A stretch of 64,000 nt of DNA from positions 58,535-122,534 of the forward strand of contig CAMARR010000003.1 of assembly GCA_945860915.1 (NCBI GenBank), read 5' to 3'. Within the stretch, counting starts at the first letter, position 1. Every line of letters begins with the position of its first letter. The stretch is from Candidatus Kuenenia stuttgartensis. GTDB taxonomy: Bacteria; Planctomycetota; GCA-002687715; CAIWVZ01. The notes under the pieces were generated by a model, which had not been told where the DNA came from, ran no database searches, and was given only the letters and a program-made list of their open reading frames with translations. The translations under genes and the position numbers were made by a program. Below are positions 9,153-18,579 of this stretch, in pieces.

Positions 9153-12100
9153 TCACCCCAGAGCCCCCCCGCATCGCCCGGCCGAAAGGTGCTCGCAAGA
9201 CAGGCACAGTTGCGGGTCGGACGTCTTAGGGAATCCAGCCCGGGCCGCTCCGGAAAGCACACGGAGGCTCGATTCCGCCGCTTCGAGTTCTGATGCCCCG
9301 ACCACGTGCACTTCGGAACCGAGTGCTGTAAAGAAAAGAAAACCCTCTACAGGCCGACCCAGAATTCGCCTTGCCGCAACGCAATACAAAGCCACCTGGG
9401 ACCGATATCCCTTCTTCTCGATCGACGTCCTCGCTTCACCAAGGTCTCGAGCGACATCAGACTTAAAGTCAATCACATACGCGGGGCCGTCGCCAGCTGG
9501 TGCGTAGAGAAGATCCATCGTCCCCATCACCGGAAGCCCCTCGATGTCGAGTGACACCGTCAACTCGCTCCGCACTTCGCCTAGAAGTGCGTTCCTAATC
9601 TTCTGCCCGAGGTCCCACGCAAGGAAGCCAGTCTCGGCACGCATGACAAGCGCTCGGATGTCTTCGACATGACGTCGTTCAAAAATGCCTGCGCTTTGAC
9701 ATGCCCAATCAACATCTTCAGAAGGTAGGCGTCCGGCCGCGAGCGCTTCGAACGCCGCGTGAATGGCGTTGCCTCGCATGGTGGGAGACAGGGATCGAGC
9801 ATGAGTCGAATCTGCGCTGACGTTGTGCCCGAGATACGCCTTGCTCGCCGGTGCGCCGAGCCCTTGTTCCAAAAAGAACTTACGAGGGCACCCCATCGCC
9901 GTTGCGAAAGCTGTTGGCCTAAGCGGAACTCGATACATGAATTCGAGTCGAGGCCGTGCTTCCCCCACTCCGATCTCAATACTCTCCAAGATCCCACGCA
10001 AGTCCTTCCTCGCGTGGCCGTCCAGCTCCGTCGCTCCTTCGCACTTTTTCACCAGCACAAGCGCGCCTTCCATGCCTAGTATGGGAACTTCGATTTCCGG
10101 GACATCGAGCTGTGCATTCAATGCAGACAGGACAGACGCGAGCGCACCCTTAGCGCGCTTTTGTCCGGCATCGCTCCCGACCAAGACAAGGTGGTCCTGT
10201 GCACGCGTCACCGCGACGTAGAGGAGCCTGGCGGATTCGGCCCTCCCCTTTGCCTTCTCGACGGATGCAGCCAACGAAGAGAGCTTGCAGGCTTGTTTGC
10301 TATCTCGCGACTTGAGCGGCACAACAAGCTGCACCTCGTCGGCTGAAACCCTAAAGCGGATTGGATCCAAACTTGGCCCCGACACCGTCACGGTGTCGCC
10401 CAACCCAACGAGGATGACGATGGGAAACTCAAGTCCCTTCGATCCGTGGGTCGTCATGATCGTGATGGCGTGCTCTTCGCTCGGAGGGTCCGCTTGAGAC
10501 GTCTTGGTGTCCTCCTCGATCAACGCGCGAAATTCACGTGCCAAAGTGGCGAACGAGGCGTCGCCCTCATCCTCACGAGATTGGACAACCCTGATGAGCT
10601 GATCCACATTTGCTTCGGAACGACCTGACGGGTCAAGCTGGCCAAGGCTAAACCGCAACGAGCTCTCCCGTATCACGACGTCGAGCAATGCCGAAGCCGG
10701 CAAAACGCCGGATAGGTTTCGCCACCGATCGAGGAGAGCGAGTGCCTCTTCGAGAGAACTGCGCTCCTCCACCGTCAGGAGCGTCGTCGCGTCGCGAGCG
10801 CATCGCGTCAACTTTTTCCAGAGGCTTCCCTTCGAGCGCGCGGCACAAGCTTTGGCGAGGATGGTGTCCGAGAGGCCGACCATGAGAGAGCGAACAAGTC
10901 CAAGAGTAGCTGCCGAATCCTCGACATCTGCTACCCACGCAAGCAACGCACAACACTCCTTCACCTCCGGACGCCCGTAGAAACCCGTACCGGAAATCGT
11001 TCGAAACTTGAGGGCTCGACGTGCAAGCGCTGTTTCAAGAGATTCCAATCCTGTGCGCTTCGCCATTAGGACCGCAACATCGTTCGCCTTCGCTGGACGA
11101 ACGCCTCCATTGCCGTCATGAACTTGCCAGCGGTCGAGAATCTCCGTTTCGATCAACTCAGCGACATGGCTCATCTCGGCACGACGTGCCGCCTCACGAT
11201 GAATTCCACCAAGGACTCGAACTTCAATGTGAGAATGGACCGAGATTCCATCGGTGCGACGCGACACCATCGGAGACGATGCGGATTCAAAAGGCTCGGC
11301 TGTCTCGTCCCGATCTGGATCAGGGAAAATCTCTCGACTCAGCTGATTCGAGAATCCAACGAGCGCAGCCGTGGAACGGTAGTTCTCGTTGAGCTCGACG
11401 ACCGCAGCTCCGTCGCGGCTCTTATCGCGGATAATGCCCGTCGCAAGTCGAAATGTTTCGACATCTCCCTCCCTGAAGCGATAGATGGACTGCTTGTCAT
11501 CCCCAACGATGCAGACTCCATCCAAATTGGGCGAGAGAGCATTCACGAGCCTCCATTGCCGAGGGTCGGTGTCTTGAAACTCGTCAACCAGCACGTGTTC
11601 AAATGTAGGGCTTGCCTCGCTGCGAGATTCCAGCCTAGACAATGCGTGGTCTATCAAACCCTCGAAGTCGATGCGATTCTCGGCACGCATGCGCTGTTCC
11701 AGCTCGGGCACGCAGTGGAGATAGAGGCGAGCGAGCGCTTTCTCCAATCCGAGATCATGGTGCACCTTCAACTTCGCGATTCCGCCATCGTCCGTCCAGG
11801 CCCCGAGGACCTTCTCCGAGACAGCGAGCAACTCTCGGAATCTGGCCTTCCATGGCCCATCCTTCAATGCCGCGGTTGGTGCTGGTTTGCCTTCGTCAAG
11901 GACTGAACGCCGCAGGCTCATCGCTGTTTCCAGGTCGTCCGCAGTAAAATTGAGATTCATCAATACGTGACGTAACGCGGTGATCGACTCGATGACAACC
12001 TTCGAGCGAGAGGCGCGGGAGAATTTGATCTCGCTGAAGGCCGTAACGCAGTCGAGCTGCGCAGCCATCTGCATGCGGCACGCTGAGTCGTTACTCACTT

Positions 12101-12830
12101 GCAAGCGCCATCGCGATTCTGCGCGCTTCCGTTCGCGCCGATTCTGCGTGTCCACGGATGTCTTGAGAGAGTCGGCAAGCCGCTCGACATCCACTGCCGT
12201 GCGTGATTCAAGAGATCTAGCCCACGGCGACGCCAAGTGGCGCTTACGCAACAACGATTCGAGGCGGTCGGCGAGGTTTGTCAGCGGTTCATATTCCAGC
12301 CATGACTTGAGATCTGCGGACAATGCCCCACGCGCCGGACTCATGACAAGTCGGTCGAGGTACGTCTCGACGACCTCGCGCGCCGGGTGCCCGACACCTT
12401 CGTCTCCGATGATCTGGAAGTTGGCTCCCAGTTCCTTGTCCGGCGTGCCCTGCCTTAGCCAACGCTGGCAGAAGCCGTGCAATGTGGTGATCCAAGACTC
12501 CGGAAGCAAGTCGGCTACACGGAGCCAAGCTGCGCGATCACTATCTGGCGATGTGGGGATGGACTCATCGAGTCGAGCTTCACCGCGCGCAAGCAGCAAC
12601 ACGTTGTGTCGAATGCGACGTTGAAGCTCGGCGGCCGCCTTGTTCGTGAAGGTCACAGCCAAGACTCGATGGACGTCAAATTGAGACGCCCGCAGCGCAA
12701 GCAGGTAGCGCACGACCAACGTCGTGCTCTTGCCAGACCCGGCACCCGCCGTGACGGCCTGCCCTAAGTCCAGTCGTGTAGCTGCGCGCTGAACATCTGA
12801 CAGACGGTGAATGAGGACCTTGGACGACAT
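9153..12830 (-). CDS. addA: ATP-dependent helicase/nuclease subunit A (UvrD-like helicase plus PD-(D/E)XK nuclease)
   Basis: AGAGSGKS Walker A, VTFTNKAA, TLHGF, DEFQD, VGDDKQSIYRFR, NYRS, THGSKGLEF, LLYVAVTRA; nuclease GTMDLL...IDFKS...QVALY. Confidence 0.9.
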   Translation of the reverse strand: MSSKVLIHRLSDVQRAATRLDLGQAVTAGAGSGKSTTLVVRYLLALRASQFDVHRVLAVTFTNKAAAELQRRIRHNVLLLARGEARLDESIPTSPDSDRAAWLRVADLLPESWITTLHGFCQRWLRQGTPDKELGANFQIIGDEGVGHPAREVVETYLDRLVMSPARGALSADLKSWLEYEPLTNLADRLESLLRKRHLASPWARSLESRTAVDVERLADSLKTSVDTQNRRERKRAESRWRLQVSNDSACRMQMAAQLDCVTAFSEIKFSRASRSKVVIESITALRHVLMNLNFTADDLETAMSLRRSVLDEGKPAPTAALKDGPWKARFRELLAVSEKVLGAWTDDGGIAKLKVHHDLGLEKALARLYLHCVPELEQRMRAENRIDFEGLIDHALSRLESRSEASPTFEHVLVDEFQDTDPRQWRLVNALSPNLDGVCIVGDDKQSIYRFREGDVETFRLATGIIRDKSRDGAAVVELNENYRSTAALVGFSNQLSREIFPDPDRDETAEPFESASSPMVSRRTDGISVHSHIEVRVLGGIHREAARRAEMSHVAELIETEILDRWQVHDGNGGVRPAKANDVAVLMAKRTGLESLETALARRALKFRTISGTGFYGRPEVKECCALLAWVADVEDSAATLGLVRSLMVGLSDTILAKACAARSKGSLWKKLTRCARDATTLLTVEERSSLEEALALLDRWRNLSGVLPASALLDVVIRESSLRFSLGQLDPSGRSEANVDQLIRVVQSREDEGDASFATLAREFRALIEEDTKTSQADPPSEEHAITIMTTHGSKGLEFPIVILVGLGDTVTVSGPSLDPIRFRVSADEVQLVVPLKSRDSKQACKLSSLAASVEKAKGRAESARLLYVAVTRAQDHLVLVGSDAGQKRAKGALASVLSALNAQLDVPEIEVPILGMEGALVLVKKCEGATELDGHARKDLRGILESIEIGVGEARPRLEFMYRVPLRPTAFATAMGCPRKFFLEQGLGAPASKAYLGHNVSADSTHARSLSPTMRGNAIHAAFEALAAGRLPSEDVDWACQSAGIFERRHVEDIRALVMRAETGFLAWDLGQKIRNALLGEVRSELTVSLDIEGLPVMGTMDLLYAPAGDGPAYVIDFKSDVARDLGEARTSIEKKGYRSQVALYCVAARRILGRPVEGFLFFTALGSEVHVVGASELEAAESSLRVLSGAARAGFPKTSDPQLCLSCEHLSAGRCGGALG

Positions 12831-15800
12831 CAGGGCTCCTCCCCCACGTCATCCGTTGGGGAATCATCCGATTCGGGTTCGCCCCACATCGGGGGATCAC
12901 TCTCCTGTTCAAAGAGCCCATCGGCCACGCCCATGCCTTGGAATCGTTCTCGAGTCTTTGCGCCCACGCATACCGCGTTGAATGGACAGCTCGCACAGAT
13001 CGCCGGGTCTCCTCCATTCGGATGAAATCGACCACGTGAGATACTCACGAGAACATCGGCAGCACGGGTGATGTAACGATTCTCCAGCGCCAGCATGCCA
13101 CCCTCTCCGAGCCCGGAGGCTGCCGGTGGTGACTTGCGAATCTTCGCGGCAGCATTCTCCTCACCGAACGTGCACTCAAGCAGAACTTTCAATGATCGCG
13201 GATCGAGGAAGTAGTAGGACGCAACCCGAATTTGGCTTTCGCCCCAAGCATGCTCGGGGTGTTCTGCTTCAAGTCGGGCCCGTAGGTCTCGCATGACGCG
13301 ACCGTAGAGTGGCAATTGGAAGCAAAGTCCCTTGCGAACTTCCGATCGCATCCCTGACGCCTTGACCTTGTAGTCGATGATGACGAGGTCGCCATCGACA
13401 AGATCAACTCGATCAATGGCGCCGCGCAGCGCGAGGGTGACAATCTGCCGTCCGTACGTGTCCGACGATGTCGCTGAAATTCGCACGGGATCCCGCGAAA
13501 GAGACGTCCCGACGGAAGCTGGTTGACCGAAAGTTACTTCGCACAGACTGGCCGCTTTAGTCCGAGGCCGGCCCGCCTCGACTACAAGATATGACGCCAA
13601 CAGTCCCTTTGCCTCCGAATTCGGATCGTCGAGGCCCAAGAGCAGCGAACTGCGCTGAACTTCGGAAAGCAGACCTTCGGATGGGAGTCGGTCGAGTTCT
13701 TCTTCGGCTAACGCGAGCAAGATCGCATGGCGCTCGTCGGAGTTGGGAGCCGCGCTGCCACCCCGGGAGGCAATCAGATTCTCAAAGCGCTCGAGGATCT
13801 TGTGGAGCAAACTTCCTCGCTCCATCGGTGATAGATCGCGACTCATCGATTGCGGGGCCTGCACGCCGAGGATTCGCTCGTAGTACCACGCCAAAGGACA
13901 GCGCACATACGCATCGAGTGACGATGCGGAGATGGGAGTCACTCCAGTCAGAAGATCGGCGATCCACGGTACCGCGCCGCCCTCCACCATGCCGTCGAAA
14001 GCAGTCGGAGGCCCTTCTCGCCGGCTCCTCGCCGCGTGTGCGCGACGGAGAGCGCCCGCGCCAAGATGCCCGATGTTGTTCACGCGTGCGATCAGACCGC
14101 TGCGGCGTCCGATTTCCGTCGGGCCGGGGGCCGCCGTTGACCTTGCCCCGAGCATCCGGCCTAACGCCGAGCATGCGACGCCTGGAATCCACTCTGCAGC
14201 GTTCATGTCTGCGATTCGTTCTTTGACGATGAGTTCTGGAGAGGCTGCTTCACGTACAAGGAAGCTTCGAAGTTCGTCGTATGCGCGCGTCACAAGCGCG
14301 GGAGCTCCCGAAGCATCGCGCGCCGAGCAGGAAAACACCACACGGGGAGCCGCGTGAAGGGCGTGCACCAAAAGGTGCTCGCTTTCGCGGATCATCGACA
14401 CACGTGTCCGCATACCGACTCGCGCTGCATCGACTTCAGAGAAAGGGGCTATTGGTTCGGGTGCAGCGGGAAAGTCTCGCTCGACCAAACCACCAACCAA
14501 GAGAACATCGGTCGAGAGCCCTCGAAGATCGCGGAGACCAACCAACTCGATTCCTGAAACGGCATCAGGACGAATTGGGACCTCTGATGCGGCCAGCATG
14601 GAACGGAAAGTCGCGACGTGCTCTTCGAAGGATCGCGTGGAAGATGTCAAGTAAGGCCTACAGCGCGCGTAGGCGTCCATCGTCTCGACGATGAGCCGAT
14701 CCGCCCGCCACGCAAAGGCAGCACCCGCGATGAAGTCAGGGTCGTTGTTGTCGAGCCACTTTGTCAGCCGATGGTCCGACGCAGACATTACGGCAAGTTG
14801 TTTCACGCATTCGAGGAAGTTCTCAACGCTGAGGGCCTGCGCGTCACCCCACATAAGCCGGTGGCGAAGCACCTTCCAACCGCTTGAAACCCGCTGGGCG
14901 CTTTCAAGCCGTTGTTGAGCGCGCGCCAATGCGGCGTCTTCTGGGTCGACGCAATCGGCCACTGCTTCCCGACACGACTTTTCGTAATCCGCTAGACGTT
15001 TAGTCCATTCGTCGGCGCCTTGGATGACATGAGCGCATCGCGAGACATCATCAAAATCGGAAGCAGAGGCGTATCGCGCCTCGCCTCCGTCATCGTCGAT
15101 CCGAATGCCGCAGCGCAAGGACCGTACCGCGGCTACGACGGCGTCGCGTGCGAAGTCCTGCGTGCGCAATTGGAGAAGGTCGGCCAATGCCCTCACGGCA
15201 CCCACATGGATCAGCGACGTTTTTGCATGTGTCACAAGCGGGATTCCAGCGTCATCAGCCAAGGCGGCAAGCAATGGGGCGATTGCACGATCAGACGGAA
15301 ACGCAATCGTGATCCGCGGACGTGGCTTGTGAGCCGGTGCCTCGCGATAGGCCAAGACCGCGATGCCCATGAGTAGGCGGGCTTCGTCCATAGGGGATGT
15401 CGGAAACGTCCCCCCGTCACCACGTCGTTGGTCGACGAATTCGACCTGTGTGGGTGTTTCCAAATGACGCTTGTGCGGTAGGCGCATGTCGACAACGCCG
15501 CTTTCGGTGCCCTCGAAAACAAATCCCCGAGCAGCGAGCCACGCAAGATCGGTTGGGTACCCGCGCCCGTTCTCCGAATTCGGCGAACACGCATACACTC
15601 CACCACCGAACTCTTCTGCCGATGCCGTGCTCGGAATGTCGAGCAACCAGATGACCTCGTCCCAAGATTCGAATAGCTTTTCGAACACCTGTCGCTCGAT
15701 CAGTGAGCCGAGATAGAAGCCCTCGACGACAAGGCGATGCCGTGCGGGAAACAAGCGATCCAAGGGGATCTCGGGCCCGCCCAAGTCGCGCGCGACCTCG

Positions 15801-16366
15801 ACGAAGGTGCCGGCCTCGTCGTACACCTTCAGATCCTTGAGGCGATCCATGTAGCGATCGAAGGCGACAAGACCGCCTTGAACGAACGGTGAGCCCTGAC
15901 GGAGCGAAGGGAATCGGGTCTTGGCTACCGCCGCGCTAAAAACCGGGACCGACGCATCGAGCCCTGTTGGTGCTGCTGCTGTGAGCTCCCATGCTTGCTT
16001 AAGGCGGCGACTGAACAAGATGAGCCAGTCGGCTGCACCGGCAACCTCTCGAAACTCGCGGGGAATCGACTCATCGGTGGCCAGAAGGTCGTCGACAAGT
16101 AGCGCCTGCTGATGCGGAGCGAGAACCGTTCTAGGTGTCCTGCGATGACGACTCAGAAGGGCCACTAGATCTTCGAGCGTGAGGCATCGATCGCGGAAAG
16201 ACCCGCCGCGAATCTCCATCTCGACCTCTCGAAGGCGCGTAACTCGACTGTGATTGCGCGCGACATGGAGATACCCAGACGGGAATTCTGAAAGTGCCGC
16301 GCGAAAAAGGGCGTCGGCCCGATCACCGCCCGGTGCGCCAAGTATTGCCCGCTTAGTCGTCGCCAT
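12830..16366 (-). CDS. addB: AddB/RexB-like inactive helicase plus PD-(D/E)XK nuclease subunit
   Basis: SASSLDAYVRCP, RGSLLHKILE, LRGAIDRVD...IDYK, QLPLY, C-terminal CASCPFNAVC; abuts addA (1-nt overlap). Start moved to ATG 16366, which removes the overlap with the HIT gene. Confidence 0.82.
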   Translation of the reverse strand: MATTKRAILGAPGGDRADALFRAALSEFPSGYLHVARNHSRVTRLREVEMEIRGGSFRDRCLTLEDLVALLSRHRRTPRTVLAPHQQALLVDDLLATDESIPREFREVAGAADWLILFSRRLKQAWELTAAAPTGLDASVPVFSAAVAKTRFPSLRQGSPFVQGGLVAFDRYMDRLKDLKVYDEAGTFVEVARDLGGPEIPLDRLFPARHRLVVEGFYLGSLIERQVFEKLFESWDEVIWLLDIPSTASAEEFGGGVYACSPNSENGRGYPTDLAWLAARGFVFEGTESGVVDMRLPHKRHLETPTQVEFVDQRRGDGGTFPTSPMDEARLLMGIAVLAYREAPAHKPRPRITIAFPSDRAIAPLLAALADDAGIPLVTHAKTSLIHVGAVRALADLLQLRTQDFARDAVVAAVRSLRCGIRIDDDGGEARYASASDFDDVSRCAHVIQGADEWTKRLADYEKSCREAVADCVDPEDAALARAQQRLESAQRVSSGWKVLRHRLMWGDAQALSVENFLECVKQLAVMSASDHRLTKWLDNNDPDFIAGAAFAWRADRLIVETMDAYARCRPYLTSSTRSFEEHVATFRSMLAASEVPIRPDAVSGIELVGLRDLRGLSTDVLLVGGLVERDFPAAPEPIAPFSEVDAARVGMRTRVSMIRESEHLLVHALHAAPRVVFSCSARDASGAPALVTRAYDELRSFLVREAASPELIVKERIADMNAAEWIPGVACSALGRMLGARSTAAPGPTEIGRRSGLIARVNNIGHLGAGALRRAHAARSRREGPPTAFDGMVEGGAVPWIADLLTGVTPISASSLDAYVRCPLAWYYERILGVQAPQSMSRDLSPMERGSLLHKILERFENLIASRGGSAAPNSDERHAILLALAEEELDRLPSEGLLSEVQRSSLLLGLDDPNSEAKGLLASYLVVEAGRPRTKAASLCEVTFGQPASVGTSLSRDPVRISATSSDTYGRQIVTLALRGAIDRVDLVDGDLVIIDYKVKASGMRSEVRKGLCFQLPLYGRVMRDLRARLEAEHPEHAWGESQIRVASYYFLDPRSLKVLLECTFGEENAAAKIRKSPPAASGLGEGGMLALENRYITRAADVLVSISRGRFHPNGGDPAICASCPFNAVCVGAKTRERFQGMGVADGLFEQESDPPMWGEPESDDSPTDDVGEEP

Positions 16367-16446
16367 GGGGGCGAAGAGTACACCAGAAGGGGGACATGGC
16401 CGGCGCAGCTCAATAACTTCCTGTTCCGCAGAGCTACGATGACGAC

Positions 16447-16866
16447 GTGACCTCCACTTGCGATCTGTGTTCGAGTCCTGGCGGCGAGCTCCTCTACGAA
16501 GATGACCTCGCCCGCATCGTGTCTGTCGAGTCCGCCGATTACCCGGGGTACTGCCGCGTCGTTCTCCGGGCCCACGTTCGCGAATTGACGGACCTGCCCC
16601 CCGTTGATCGGCGCCACCTAATGGACCTCGTCTTCGCAACCGAGACCGCCGTCCTCGGCACGGTCAATCCCGACAAGATCAACGTGGCGAGCTTGGGGAA
16701 TGTGACTCCGCATGTGCACTGGCACGTGATTCCGAGATGGTCGCTCGACCCCTGCTTTCCAAACCCGATTTGGGGTAAACAACTCCGCGACCCATCCCCT
16801 CGCCACCCCCCCCAGAACCTCACAGGCAAGCTTCGCGCCGCGATCGCCCTCCATCTCGCCGACTGA
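16447..16866 (+). CDS. HIT family hydrolase
   Basis: N-terminal CxxC, PHVHWHVIPR histidine-triad motif, GTG start. Confidence 0.9.
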   Translation: MTSTCDLCSSPGGELLYEDDLARIVSVESADYPGYCRVVLRAHVRELTDLPPVDRRHLMDLVFATETAVLGTVNPDKINVASLGNVTPHVHWHVIPRWSLDPCFPNPIWGKQLRDPSPRHPPQNLTGKLRAAIALHLAD

Positions 16867-17094
16867 GGCTTCGCCCAAGTCGGCGCTGAGTTCACGACCA
16901 TTTTTCGGGCTTTCGATCACCTAGAGGCTCTGCAGGCCGTCAAACTGGGCTCGATACCCGGGGAAAAGGCGCTAATGGGCCAACTTTATTGCACCTTCAA
17001 CATTCGCAGAGGTGTTCGAAGGCGCGTCATGCGTCAGAATCTTCTAGAGATACGAGTCGCTAAGTCGAAATAATGGGACTGCAGGAGTGTTTCG

Positions 17095-18579
17095 TTGACG
17101 GGCATTTCGAAGTGGGATTTCATCGGAGCGAACGAGCGCAAGGTCTGGCAGGGCCGGGCCTTTGGGCGATTCGTCCGTGATCAGGTAGCGCCGTATAGCC
17201 CTTTCTATCGAAAGCTCTTCGCCCAACAGCGTATCGACCCGACACAACTTCGATCGCTCGATGACTTGAGACGGATCCCATTCACCACAAAAGAAGACCT
17301 TCTTCCGACAGCTGAACGACCCGATGCGGCCCGCGATTTCATCCTGACTCCGACAGAAGAGACGCTCCGCGCGCACTTGCCGCTATCAAGGAAGCTCCAG
17401 TTCCTTGGACAGTCTGCCCTCGGCAGAAAAGACCGGGTGCGTGCTTCGCTGCAATCCGAATACAACCCGGAGACACTCTTGGTGACGACGGGGAGGTCCG
17501 CCGGATCGGTGCCTGTCTTTCTCACGCCTCATGACCGACGTCGACTCGTCGAAGCTGGGAGACGCATCTGCGGACACCTCGATCTTAAGTCCGGACGTGA
17601 CCGCACGCTCTCCCTATTCCCCTACGCCCCCCATCTTGCATTTTGGCAAGTGTCCGCGTGCGGTGAGGGCGCAAATGTTTTGACATTCAACTCGGGCGGT
17701 GGGCGGATTATCCCAACGACCAGGCTGCTCGAAACCATTGCGACATTCCGGCCAACGTGCATCGCCGGAATGCCCGGCTTTGTCGGACATCTGCTGCGAC
17801 AGGCCGTCGCCGAGAACCGCGATTGGTCCTCTGTCAAAGTCGTGACTCTTGGGGGCGAGAACGTACCCCAGGGCCTTGCCGATAAGCTATCCCAACTTCT
17901 CATGCGCGTCCGCGCACCGAAAGCGCGTGTCGTCAGCGTTCTCGGCTTCACCGAAGCGCGCTCGTGCTGGACAGAATGTCACCATGGGCGCTTCGGTTTC
18001 CACACGAATCCTGACATGGAAGTCCTCGAAATCGTGGACCCCGCAACAGGCGACCCTCTCCCCGAGGGGGCAACAGGCGAACTTGTTTACTCGTGCCTGA
18101 ATGGTCGCGGATCCGTACTCCTGCGTTACCGAACCGGCGACATCATCGAGGGTGGCGTGTCCGAATCGGAGCCATGCCGCGGATGCGGAAGTTTGGTCCC
18201 ACGCATCCGATCCGATCTTGCTCGTGTTTCAAACGTACGCGAGTTGAATCTGAGCAAAGTAAAAGGCACTTTAGTCAACCTTAACGACCTCTCTTCGATC
18301 ATCACGGGAGACGCCGGCGTTGAGGAATGGCAACTTGAGATATGCAAACGCAACGACGACGCTCTCGACGTCGATGAGCTCGTACTGAACGTCTCGCAAC
18401 GGGGAACAGAGCCATTGTCGAACCTTGAGGCGCGCCTGCAGTCCGCGATTTTTGCGCGCTCGGAGCTTCATGTGAACCACATCAGGTCCATGCCGCTCGC
18501 CGAGGTTGTTGCGCGACTCGGTACGGAGACTCAAACCAAGGAGGATCGGATTGTCGACCGCCGTCACCACGCACGCTGA
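17095..18579 (+). CDS. Phenylacetate-CoA ligase-like (PaaK/ANL family) AMP-binding protein
   Basis: PFYRKL, DLRRIPFTTKEDL, degenerate P-loop TTGRSAG, GFTEA, EIVDP-x-TG, GELV, LRYRTGDI. Confidence 0.75.
   Translation: MTGISKWDFIGANERKVWQGRAFGRFVRDQVAPYSPFYRKLFAQQRIDPTQLRSLDDLRRIPFTTKEDLLPTAERPDAARDFILTPTEETLRAHLPLSRKLQFLGQSALGRKDRVRASLQSEYNPETLLVTTGRSAGSVPVFLTPHDRRRLVEAGRRICGHLDLKSGRDRTLSLFPYAPHLAFWQVSACGEGANVLTFNSGGGRIIPTTRLLETIATFRPTCIAGMPGFVGHLLRQAVAENRDWSSVKVVTLGGENVPQGLADKLSQLLMRVRAPKARVVSVLGFTEARSCWTECHHGRFGFHTNPDMEVLEIVDPATGDPLPEGATGELVYSCLNGRGSVLLRYRTGDIIEGGVSESEPCRGCGSLVPRIRSDLARVSNVRELNLSKVKGTLVNLNDLSSIITGDAGVEEWQLEICKRNDDALDVDELVLNVSQRGTEPLSNLEARLQSAIFARSELHVNHIRSMPLAEVVARLGTETQTKEDRIVDRRHHAR

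Noticed and set aside
9019-9207. 62-aa minus-strand ORF (and the 181-aa + strand ORF 8962-9507) over the long hairpin
   Set aside because: No RBS or motifs, and both overlap addA; RNA structure explains the region better.
16367-16639. Arg-rich N-terminal extension of addB overlapping the HIT gene
   Set aside because: It is the antisense reading of HIT; ATG 16366 has its own -10-like box.
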